Shown one piece after another: positions 30,957 through 39,798 of a stretch of DNA of 64,000 bases; position 1 is the first letter of the stretch; the number at the start of each line of letters is the position of its first letter. The DNA is taken from the IMG/VR virus record IMGVR_UViG_3300022666_000111; one strand, 5' to 3'. Both the position numbers and the translations under genes were made by a program. The notes under the pieces were generated by a model. It had not been told where the DNA came from. It searched no databases and worked only from the letters and a program-made list of their open reading frames with translations. The DNA is from a virus. Its lineage: Duplodnaviria; Caudoviricetes.

Positions 30957-31214
30957 ATGGCGACGGTCTACAAGATCCGGGACAAGGCAACGGGGCTTTT
31001 CTCAACGGGAGGCTACAACCCAACCTTCGAGAAGAAGGGCAAGGAGTGGAAGGCGTTACAGCACGTCCGTAGCCACCTGACGCAGCTATCGGCTAGCTGG
31101 ATCGGCCCCAAGAAAGCCATCCCGCCCTCTTGGGAGATCGTGGAGTACGAGGTCGTCAAGACGGAAGTAGGGGTCCTCCCCGCTCTGCCCTACCGGAAAG
31201 AGAGAACGCGATGA
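30957..31214 (+). CDS. hypothetical protein
   Basis: 85-aa ORF with GAGGT RBS. Confidence 0.65.
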   Translation: MATVYKIRDKATGLFSTGGYNPTFEKKGKEWKALQHVRSHLTQLSASWIGPKKAIPPSWEIVEYEVVKTEVGVLPALPYRKERTR

Positions 31215-32308
31215 CATTCGAATGGAACATGCCTCCAGGGGCGCTCCCCTGGGTGAAAGACCGGACCTTCTACCTTACGCGCCACGGATCGCACGCCTAT
31301 GGCACGAACCTCCCGACATCCGATATGGACATCCGGGGGATCTGCATCGCGCCCAAGGAGTACTACCTCGGCTACGACCTTCACTTCGATCAGACGTCGT
31401 CGGCGACAACCTCTGACGACGTGGCCCCGGACTTCGTCATCTTCGAGCTTCGCAAGTTCATGAAGCTCGCGGCGGTTTGCAATCCGAACGCCTTGGAGAT
31501 CATCTTCACGGATCCTTCGGATCACCTGTTCGTGACGGCGACATCGAAGCGGCTTTTTGAATGCCGCGACATGTTCCTCTCGCGTTTGGCCTTGAGAACG
31601 TTCTCGGGGTATGCCGCGTCGCAGATGCGGCGGATTGAGGGGCACTACCGATGGCTCAAGAATCCTCCAACCAAGAAGCCGGAGCGATCGGACTTTGAAT
31701 TGCCGCCCCAACCGGAGATCCCAACGGAGCAATTGGAGGCCGTCAACGCCGGGATCCAGAAGAAGCTCGACCAATGGAACATGAATTTCCTCCAAGACCT
31801 TGAGCCCGCCTACCGGATCGAGATCAAGGAGGCCATGTTCGAGATGCTCACCGAGATGCAGATCCACATGGACGACTTGTGGAAGGGCGCGGCGAGGTCC
31901 TTCGGTTTCGACGAGAACTTCATCGAGTATCTCAAGCGGGAGCGTCAATTCACGGCGAAGGCCCGGGAGTGGAAGAAGTATCAGAAGTGGCTCAAGGAGC
32001 GAAACCCTGCGCGGGCCGCCTTGGAGGCAAAGTGGGGCTACGATACGAAGCACGCCATGCACCTCATCCGGCTCTTGCGAATGTGCCGGGAGATCCTAAC
32101 GGAGGGCGTCTTGCGGGTACGGCGCCCAGACGCGGCCGAGCTTCTTGAGGTGCGTAACGGCGCCTGGAGCTACGAGAGCCTCGTTGCTTGGGCAAACCAG
32201 CAAAACTACGAGCTTGCCCAGATCGTTCTAACCAGCCCTCTTCCCGCAAGGCCGGACAACCGTGCTCTTGACTCCCTCTGCATTGAGCTTGTCTCTTCGG
32301 CCCTTTAG
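31211..32308 (+). CDS. Pol-beta superfamily nucleotidyltransferase (RlaP-like, RNA repair)
   Basis: GSHAYGTNLPTSDMDIRG, NPNALE, GYDTKHAMHLIRLL. Confidence 0.88.
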   Translation: MTFEWNMPPGALPWVKDRTFYLTRHGSHAYGTNLPTSDMDIRGICIAPKEYYLGYDLHFDQTSSATTSDDVAPDFVIFELRKFMKLAAVCNPNALEIIFTDPSDHLFVTATSKRLFECRDMFLSRLALRTFSGYAASQMRRIEGHYRWLKNPPTKKPERSDFELPPQPEIPTEQLEAVNAGIQKKLDQWNMNFLQDLEPAYRIEIKEAMFEMLTEMQIHMDDLWKGAARSFGFDENFIEYLKRERQFTAKAREWKKYQKWLKERNPARAALEAKWGYDTKHAMHLIRLLRMCREILTEGVLRVRRPDAAELLEVRNGAWSYESLVAWANQQNYELAQIVLTSPLPARPDNRALDSLCIELVSSAL

Positions 32309-32342
32309 CTAATAGCCCTCTTGTGTGGTGTATTGATCTAGA

Positions 32343-32894
32343 ATGCAACCACACACTGGCCGCCTAGACGTTATCGCTGGATGTATGTTCGCGGGCAAGA
32401 CCCGCTCACTGATCTCCAAGGTCCTTGCGCTCAAGGAAGCAGGCGTTGACGTCCGGGTCTTGAAACCTGAAAACGATACGCGCTACAGCGCAACCGAGAT
32501 CGTCTCCCATGACGGCGCCCGCATCCCTGCGGAGATAGTCCGTTTGGATGGAACGCCCTGGCCTACCGATGCCAAGGTGATCGCTCTCGACGAGGCGCAA
32601 TTCTTGACCCTTGACGCTGTGCCGGTCATCGCGAAGGCGGTGCATGACGGCGCGCATGTGATCCTTGCTGGCTTGGATCTCACGTCAAAGGGTGAACCCT
32701 TCGGCCCCATGCCTGCCTTCTTGGCGCTTGCGGATGAGGTCAAGAAGCTCCGGGCACGATGTGCTGTTTGTGGATGTGAGGGCGCGAACAGGTCATACCG
32801 GATTGTGGCTAGCAGTCAGACTGTACTTGTGGGGGGAGCTGAAGCATACGAACCGAGATGCCTATCCTGCCTTGACGGAGTAGAGGATGTCTGA
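32343..32894 (+). CDS. tdk: thymidine kinase
   Basis: GCMFAGKT, IALDEAQF, AGLD...PF, GGAEAYEPRC. Confidence 0.93.
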   Translation: MQPHTGRLDVIAGCMFAGKTRSLISKVLALKEAGVDVRVLKPENDTRYSATEIVSHDGARIPAEIVRLDGTPWPTDAKVIALDEAQFLTLDAVPVIAKAVHDGAHVILAGLDLTSKGEPFGPMPAFLALADEVKKLRARCAVCGCEGANRSYRIVASSQTVLVGGAEAYEPRCLSCLDGVEDV

Positions 32895-33462
32895 CTGGAC
32901 GAAGATCGTTGAGTCCCTGGCTTCTGGATTGTTGACGGGTGGCGCCACGGCCCTCGCCACGGTCTTCGCCACCTTTCGGGACATCAGGAACAGGCTAGCC
33001 ATCCTTGAGGAGAGGCTCGGGTCGCCCCCGCACAACACTGCTCCTGCTACGGGTCTCTTCCACACGGTATGGATCCTTGACACGACGCTGGCTCGGCTTC
33101 GGAAGGAAATCGACTCTTGGGAGGACGATCCCCCGGCGTGGCTGACGCGCCTTGTCGCCCGCGCAGGGCGGTCAGGGTCGGTCAACATGGAGATTCAGCA
33201 GGAGTACGAGGAGCGGTTGAACAGCCGCCTTCGTAGCTTTCAAGAACGCATCGATCGTATGGACGATCGACTTCGAGAAGAGCCTCGAGCCGGAATAAGC
33301 CGGGCAGAGGTAGACGCAGAACAGAAGCGAATCCTTGAGGAGGTCGCTATGTTAAGGGATGCACAGGCAGCGACGAACATGCTCCTTCGAGGGGTGCTAA
33401 CCGCGATGGACATCATTGACAACAAAGAGACGGCACGTCCGCCCAAGAGAGGTGGCCAATGA
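32887..33462 (+). CDS. membrane-anchored coiled-coil hypothetical protein
   Basis: N-terminal hydrophobic segment followed by heptad-rich region. Confidence 0.6.
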   Translation: MSDWTKIVESLASGLLTGGATALATVFATFRDIRNRLAILEERLGSPPHNTAPATGLFHTVWILDTTLARLRKEIDSWEDDPPAWLTRLVARAGRSGSVNMEIQQEYEERLNSRLRSFQERIDRMDDRLREEPRAGISRAEVDAEQKRILEEVAMLRDAQAATNMLLRGVLTAMDIIDNKETARPPKRGGQ

Positions 33463-33659
33463 GCGACCCCATTGCGGACGCCCTGCATGAGGTTGTTGAG
33501 GAAACGCAGGAGACGGTGAGGTTACTCACCGTCTTTCACGATGCTGTCTTGGACCGGCAAAGGACGCAATCAAGCATCCGTGTGCTCCCTGCGCGTGTCG
33601 AGGTCGTACAAAGCCCCATCCAAATCCCGATGGCCCTTGCGGCCAAGGGATAGCAGCCC

Positions 33660-34157
33660 TCAATACGTCGAAGTCGTGGTGCATCGGCTGCACCAGGCGG
33701 GGCAATAGCTTCCGGGCGAGATGATACACTCGGCGGGGTTGGGCTGTTGCGTCCCTGGAGGCGTTCCCCCTCCTCCGGAATTCAGGAGGCAATAGCAGTC
33801 ACACTCCCACTGGGTGTATTCGCTTGGATCGGGCTCAGGGCCTCCCGTGCTGCATGTTGACACGGGCTGTACCGTGGAGGACACGTAGTCACATTGGGGC
33901 GATGATGCGTAGGTTCGGTTCGCAAGACGGTCTTGAGACGCACAAGCGCTCGTGCAGATCTGGCGAACACCCCCCTCGGTTCCGTTGCGGATGTAGCAGT
34001 TGTAGTTGTCACAATAGCCGGTGCCGTCGTACACGACGCCGATATGGGTTCGGAGAGCCGCTTGGGCCGTCCCAATACTCTCCTCCTGGGCTTCCCCCGT
34101 GTCAGCCGAGCAACCAACCAAGGCAACAGCAATCAATGCAAGTAGAGCTAGTCTCAT
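33660..34157 (-). CDS. Cys-rich lipoprotein (myxobacteria-like)
   Basis: lipobox LVGC, EESIGTAQAAL, multiple Cys. Confidence 0.7.
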   Translation of the reverse strand: MRLALLALIAVALVGCSADTGEAQEESIGTAQAALRTHIGVVYDGTGYCDNYNCYIRNGTEGGVRQICTSACASQDRLANRTYASSPQCDYVSSTVQPVSTCSTGGPEPDPSEYTQWECDCYCLLNSGGGGTPPGTQQPNPAECIISPGSYCPAWCSRCTTTSTY

Positions 34158-34169
34158 GTTCAGGTCCTT

Positions 34170-34799
34170 TCAGGTTTCGTCTTTGAGGTGGTCGAAGAAG
34201 TCAGGTGGCGGTCTGAGGTCTGATTCGTCCGGCGCGTTATCTGTGAAGATCCCTGCCATTGCGTCGAGACGCTGTCGTGTAGTGTCACCAATGTCCCCGG
34301 GCCGTGGCCGAATGCGCACGCGAGGACCAGAAACCGCGTTGGGCGGATCCACGAGAGCTGTCTCGAAGGGGCCTCGAGGCGGGGCAGGGCGTCGGGGCGC
34401 TACCGGGCGCGTCCTTGGACCATCATCGTCCGGGCGCCTTGCCGTCCTGGCTGTACCGAAGCGCATCTCGTTCATGGTAACGTTGGCGTCCGACCGCTCT
34501 CGTGCCCAGGCCCGCCATGTGTCGATGTCAAACTCACGCAATCCGTCGCGGCTCCTAAAGCCGTAGATGCGTTCGGAGTCATGTCTGACGTAGCACCTAT
34601 CGTTTTCAAGCTGCCTCAGCCTTCGGGCGTCGAAGACGTAGAGAAGGCGGATGAGGAAGGACGTGTCAATGACAAGGGCGAAGCCTTGAGAGCCTCCGTT
34701 GAGATAATCCACATAACCGGAGAGGGTGGGGAAGTCGCGATCGGCATCGATCGCGAAGTCAATGTTGTGGAGAGTCGCAAGCTCAACGACGATGGGCAT
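34170..34799 (-). CDS. hypothetical protein
   Basis: 209-aa ORF; ends PDFFDHLKDET. Confidence 0.65.
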   Translation of the reverse strand: MPIVVELATLHNIDFAIDADRDFPTLSGYVDYLNGGSQGFALVIDTSFLIRLLYVFDARRLRQLENDRCYVRHDSERIYGFRSRDGLREFDIDTWRAWARERSDANVTMNEMRFGTARTARRPDDDGPRTRPVAPRRPAPPRGPFETALVDPPNAVSGPRVRIRPRPGDIGDTTRQRLDAMAGIFTDNAPDESDLRPPPDFFDHLKDET

Positions 34800-34807
34800 A
34801 GCCTCAG

Positions 34808-37800
34808 CTACACCGAACGTCCCGGCTTTTGAACGATGATCTGGTTGGCGGTCCCGGTAAGGATTCCAAAGATGCCTCCCCCGGCGCGATTCCTTGTCGG
34901 GGTGATGCCGCCGTACCTGGTGATGTAGATGGGCTGGCCTGGAAGGGCACCATTGATGGTGGAGGCGAAGGTGTGAAGGCCCCCGGGCAAGGTTATGACC
35001 CGGCTGTCTCCTCGGCTTCCACCGGATTGGAGGAAACCAATGAAGCCCGGACGGGTGTCGCTGAAGGTGTACAGCGAGAACCTCAAGTAGTCCTTGCCCC
35101 CGGTCTCACGACAGGATTGCAGCATCCCGTAGAAGTAGTCTGTGATCCGGAATGGGAGCATGTAGTGCTGGGGCGCCGTTCCCAAGGGGATCGAATAGAA
35201 TGCCGGAGCCCCTACGGACATCCCCATAGCCAAGGACAACCCGCCTTGAGCCGAGACACGCCCGTAACCGATAGACATGGCGTTTCCATAGGATGCCATG
35301 GAATATGTCACGATGAAGGTGTCCGGCCCAATGCCCCGGAGCGTCATGTGCTGAAGAGAAGCTCCCCAAGAGGTGGACACGCCACCATTGATGACCTTCG
35401 TGTTATGCGTGAAGGACCCCTGGTAGTTCACGTCCTCGTCACCGTGTTGCACGTGAATGAGGTAGGCGTAGTCCGTGAAGCCTGCCCGGGTTCCGGTGAT
35501 GATGTGAGCAGCGCTGCCGCCCGCAAGGAAGTCTCCCGTGCCGTAGAGGTTCGAGGTCAAAACGTAGCCGGGGGTTCCTCCGTAATCGTTGTAGGCGTCA
35601 ACGCGGGCTTCGGTTTCGGTCGCGGCTCCGGCATAGTACCATTGAAGTTCTGTCGAGCTACCTGCGGACACCTGGCCGCTGAGAACACGACGCTCATTGT
35701 ATCCGAATGTCGCCCAGATGTTGCCGCCGCTGCCCCCTGAGCTTCGCATGATGATCTGACCTATATTGGCCGCCGCCATGCTTGTGAGTGTCACAGGGCT
35801 CCCGTGTAGCGTCAGCGTTGGGCCGCCTGATCCCATATAGAGATCGCCCCATTGGGAGAGCCCTGTATTGGATGATGAGTCAGCCCAGGCAAGGACGAAG
35901 CCTCCTTGTTGCGGGTAACCTACCATGTAGTTGACCAGCCCGGTTCCGACGACGGCCGTCGATCGGAACGTCGTCACAGACGTCGCTGTGATGGTCGTCC
36001 CTGAAACCGTAAGGCCGAGGATGTAGCCTCGGCCCGTTGTCGGGTTGGCCCAGGCAACGATGCCACCAACGTAGGTGTCATTGTAGTTTGAGCACTTCGT
36101 GCAGGAGACGTAAGCAACCTCATTGGAGGCGCCATCCACATCGATGTCAACGGCGGTTCCGACCGTGACGCCCGTCCCCGGGGTGTACTTAATGGCCCGG
36201 AGGCGGAGGTAGATGGTGCCGCTGACGTTGACGCGATAGGCCACCAAGTAGAGATCGGACAATAGCGCGCAAGCGTCGTAGGCATACGGCTGCGTAGGCC
36301 CGCCCGTCCAATTGGTAGCGTTCTCGAGGGCAACCGAATGCTCGTAGACGGAATTCTTGACGGGGTAAGCCCGGAGACCAGGGCTTGCGCTATCGCGGCT
36401 CTCGTCAAGGTACATGGCATTGTCTGTGCTGGCTGACTCGCCAAGCGTCACGGTCATCTGGTTGGGCGTCGTTGGAACCCAGGCGACCGAGCTTGAGCTG
36501 TATTGCAGAAGTTGCCCGTCCGTAGGCACCGATGCGGAGACGCTCCGGTTTTGGATCCGGATGACGGTCTGACTCGTTGAGGATCCTGAAAGGTCCCCGC
36601 CTGCTGTGAACCCCCCGCTAGAGGGTGTTTGGGGCTCCCATCTCCAATAAGTCGAATTCCAAGTGAGTACCTGCCCATTCAACGGCATGCTGTTTCGGAC
36701 GGGGTAACCACGAAGAGCTGTGACTTGCGGGTAGGGGTAAGTTCCTGTCAGATCCCCGTAAAGCCCTGACGTCTCCCAGGCAGCACTCGTGCTATTGTAG
36801 TAGAGCAGCGCGCCGTTGGTTGGGGTGGCTGTTGGGAGGTCGTGCCCAGCAAGCTGCCAGACGTCTGCATAGCTCAGGTAGTAGGGGTACGTGATGGGCG
36901 TCTGGGAATAGATTCCCAAGGGCAGGTTGATGTAGTTGACGCTTGCGTAGGACCCAGAATACCCCGCTGCGTAGAGATAACCAGCCGGGGAGGACGCCAT
37001 GAAATACGGAACGTGGTTCGTGGGGGCGTCGTAGTAGCCGTAGTAGGTATTGGTTGCGGGATCGATCTGGCCGATCCTGTAGTTCCACCCACCGTCCGAG
37101 ACGAAGATGGCATCGGCACCCAGAACGTCTTGGCCGACTTCGCAAACGAATGGTTGCGTGATCGCCCCATACGTCATAGGAATGTCAACCCACGTCAGGT
37201 CCCCTGGGTTGACGCGGGCAACGGTGCAGATGGAACTCCAATCCCAACGGGTAACCCAGATCGATCCAAGGGCATAGATCGCGGAAGTGACGTTTGAGCT
37301 ATCCGAAGGGGTCCATGTCCCCACCAGCGTCAAGTATGACGTCTCGACCTGATTGACGGCGTTATCCCATCCACGCGCAAGCCACAAAGAACCTGTCCCG
37401 TAACGGATGAGGGTTGAAGCGTCCGTCTTCGCATCCGTGTCCGGGGTGCCTGTGAAGGTGGGTTGTCCGAGACAACTTGCTAGGATGAATTTGTGGATGC
37501 GGGGATTGGCCCCGGCCGTGACGTAGGCGTAGATTCCCCCGGACCCATCAATGCACACACTCAGGACGGTGGCATCGCTGTAACACCACCCCGCGATCGT
37601 CATGTCGCTCTTGTTGATGATCGCGATGTGATTCCCCGTGTACGTTGCGACATAGAGGTAGTTGTCGTCCCAAGCCATGTCCGCGTTGGAGTACAGCGTG
37701 GGGAAGTCCGTCACGGTGTCGTACTTGGCGACATAAGTCCAGCCGGTTCCTGTTCCGTCGTCGTGGAACTTCCAGATGGTCGTAGCCTCACCGGAAGCAA

Positions 37801-38602
37801 GCTCGGCTCCCGGAGCGCCATCCATCACGTAGATGTCCGACCCATCAACGTGGATCACGTAAGGGTATCTGTAGTAGGACTTTCGCTTGATCTGGACGTA
37901 GTGGTTGTCCGCCGCCAAGGCGGGGTCCATACTCTCGATCCCGCGAATGAAGCTCACGACCTGGTCGGTGGCATCTCCAGTGAGATCGCCCCCTGGGGTG
38001 AAGCTCCCGCTGATGGTTGTGGGCGTCCACATGGACCCGTCCCACACATAGGTTTGACCCGTGGCGGGATCCGTTGCCGATAGGGGGCGTCCACGAAGAC
38101 CTGTGACAACTTGGCTCGTAGACGTTCCGGAAAGGTCGCCGCCCGCTGTGAAGCCACCTCCCGAGGGGCGTCGAATTGCGGGATTGATGATGGCTGCCCA
38201 TCCGAACTCCTGGTTGCCCTCTACGGTTTCTTGGGCTGACCCTACACGCAAGCCATCGGCCGTTGGGACGTAGACCGAGAACGTCGTAGTGACGATGGGG
38301 ACGCCTGCTCGATAGGCTCTCGATTCGAAGAGTACGGATCGCCCGAGGCTTGCGGTCGTGGTGAACGTGACCTCGGTGGTGGGGCTTGTAACCTGGTGAG
38401 AGGTTGGGTTGACGTCGGTCAGGATGGGTGAAGAGCTTAGCTCATCGGTGCCCAGCACGCGGAGATACCAGGTATCGACATCGGTGGCGTCCGCCAATCG
38501 AATGGCGATCGTTTCGGACGCAGAGATGTTCACGCCAGTGAGGGTGGACGACCACGTGCCGGACGGTCCGTTACGGACCTCGCAAATTGGAGAGGTTGCC
38601 AT
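34808..38602 (-). CDS. large virion/tail-fibre-like protein with beta-propeller-like region
   Basis: 1264 aa, Gly/Thr/Ser-rich; repeated GGFTAGGDLSG...V..I.G and GQvLxWxxxxW motifs. Confidence 0.65.
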   Translation of the reverse strand: MATSPICEVRNGPSGTWSSTLTGVNISASETIAIRLADATDVDTWYLRVLGTDELSSSPILTDVNPTSHQVTSPTTEVTFTTTASLGRSVLFESRAYRAGVPIVTTTFSVYVPTADGLRVGSAQETVEGNQEFGWAAIINPAIRRPSGGGFTAGGDLSGTSTSQVVTGLRGRPLSATDPATGQTYVWDGSMWTPTTISGSFTPGGDLTGDATDQVVSFIRGIESMDPALAADNHYVQIKRKSYYRYPYVIHVDGSDIYVMDGAPGAELASGEATTIWKFHDDGTGTGWTYVAKYDTVTDFPTLYSNADMAWDDNYLYVATYTGNHIAIINKSDMTIAGWCYSDATVLSVCIDGSGGIYAYVTAGANPRIHKFILASCLGQPTFTGTPDTDAKTDASTLIRYGTGSLWLARGWDNAVNQVETSYLTLVGTWTPSDSSNVTSAIYALGSIWVTRWDWSSICTVARVNPGDLTWVDIPMTYGAITQPFVCEVGQDVLGADAIFVSDGGWNYRIGQIDPATNTYYGYYDAPTNHVPYFMASSPAGYLYAAGYSGSYASVNYINLPLGIYSQTPITYPYYLSYADVWQLAGHDLPTATPTNGALLYYNSTSAAWETSGLYGDLTGTYPYPQVTALRGYPVRNSMPLNGQVLTWNSTYWRWEPQTPSSGGFTAGGDLSGSSTSQTVIRIQNRSVSASVPTDGQLLQYSSSSVAWVPTTPNQMTVTLGESASTDNAMYLDESRDSASPGLRAYPVKNSVYEHSVALENATNWTGGPTQPYAYDACALLSDLYLVAYRVNVSGTIYLRLRAIKYTPGTGVTVGTAVDIDVDGASNEVAYVSCTKCSNYNDTYVGGIVAWANPTTGRGYILGLTVSGTTITATSVTTFRSTAVVGTGLVNYMVGYPQQGGFVLAWADSSSNTGLSQWGDLYMGSGGPTLTLHGSPVTLTSMAAANIGQIIMRSSGGSGGNIWATFGYNERRVLSGQVSAGSSTELQWYYAGAATETEARVDAYNDYGGTPGYVLTSNLYGTGDFLAGGSAAHIITGTRAGFTDYAYLIHVQHGDEDVNYQGSFTHNTKVINGGVSTSWGASLQHMTLRGIGPDTFIVTYSMASYGNAMSIGYGRVSAQGGLSLAMGMSVGAPAFYSIPLGTAPQHYMLPFRITDYFYGMLQSCRETGGKDYLRFSLYTFSDTRPGFIGFLQSGGSRGDSRVITLPGGLHTFASTINGALPGQPIYITRYGGITPTRNRAGGGIFGILTGTANQIIVQKPGRSV

Positions 38603-38605
38603 CGA

Positions 38606-38932
38606 TTACTCGCACTTGTGCTTGCGGGCCTCTTCGATCTGATCGCAAGAGGTGACCTTCAAGACGCACTTGGGGTTGAGCCAGACGCCGTTATCCTGCA
38701 TCTTGCGGTAAGCCGCCTCGCAGGTGGTGTTGGGGACGTCTTTCGGCCCAGGCACGTCCGAATCGTAGACGTCGTTGCCTTCCTCACACTTGAGCGCCTT
38801 GAGGTGTTGGCACATGGCCCCCAACAAGTCACTATCCGCCGCAGGCACAACCCGAGGCGTCGGCGCGGGGTTGCTTGCGGGGCAAGCGGTCAGAAGGAGG
38901 AGCGCTGCGATGGCTAGAATTTGGGTCTTCAC
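38606..38932 (-). CDS. lipoprotein
   Basis: signal peptide with lipobox LTAC. Confidence 0.65.
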   Translation of the reverse strand: MKTQILAIAALLLLTACPASNPAPTPRVVPAADSDLLGAMCQHLKALKCEEGNDVYDSDVPGPKDVPNTTCEAAYRKMQDNGVWLNPKCVLKVTSCDQIEEARKHKCE

Positions 38933-38987
38933 GACAAGGGGCTGGGGATAAAAGGACGCGCACTTCTTCCTTTGCCCACCCCTGGGT

Positions 38988-39797
38988 ATGACCAGCATCG
39001 AATCGTACCTCAAGTTCAAGTCAGACCCCCCGGCTGAACCCGGGAAGCCGGACTTCAGCTTCACCGCGAAGCTCCTCCCAACCTTGACCGCCGCGCATGA
39101 GGGGGACGTTGACCTACGCCCCTACTGCACGGAGTCGAACCAATACCAGGTCGGCTCCTGCGCCGGTAACGCCACGGCCGACGCCACGGAAATCCTTGAC
39201 GCCCTTGAAGCCGAAGCCAAGGGCCTCCCGGTCAACCCCGTCCAGCTTTCACGAATGTTCGTCTACACGCTGTCACGGAGCCTCCAAGACGAGGACGGTG
39301 ACGGGGATAACGACGTCGATCGTGACAAGGGGACGTACATTCGCCTCTGCATGGACGTCTTGACACGATTCGGCATCTGCACGGAAGCCGTGTGGCCTTA
39401 CGATCCGTCGAAGGTCTATGACCTCCCGTCGATCAAGGCGATGCGGCAAGCGGCGGGGCATCGCATCCGGGGCTACTTCCGGATCGACGAGACGGGCGAG
39501 GCTCGCCTCGAGGCTATCAAAGCGGCCCTTCGCGCCAAGCACCCGGTGGTCTTTGGGACCCGTGTAGGCCAGGCGTTCATGGAGGTCCGTGACCTCACTC
39601 CTCAAGGAATCCCTACGGATGACCTTGGGGGACACGCCATGATCATCGTCGGCTACCTCGAGGGGCTTGGCTTCATCGTCAAGAACTCCTGGGGCCGGGC
39701 TTGGGGAGAGAATGGCTTCTGCATCATGAGCCCTGAGTACGTCATGTGGGATAACACCCACGACATTTGGGTTCCAACCAAGGGATCGGGATTCTGA
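38988..39797 (+). CDS. papain-like cysteine peptidase (C1A)
   Basis: QYQVGSCAGNA, GGHAMIIVGY, KNSWG. Confidence 0.9.
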   Translation: MTSIESYLKFKSDPPAEPGKPDFSFTAKLLPTLTAAHEGDVDLRPYCTESNQYQVGSCAGNATADATEILDALEAEAKGLPVNPVQLSRMFVYTLSRSLQDEDGDGDNDVDRDKGTYIRLCMDVLTRFGICTEAVWPYDPSKVYDLPSIKAMRQAAGHRIRGYFRIDETGEARLEAIKAALRAKHPVVFGTRVGQAFMEVRDLTPQGIPTDDLGGHAMIIVGYLEGLGFIVKNSWGRAWGENGFCIMSPEYVMWDNTHDIWVPTKGSGF

Positions 39798-39798
39798 G

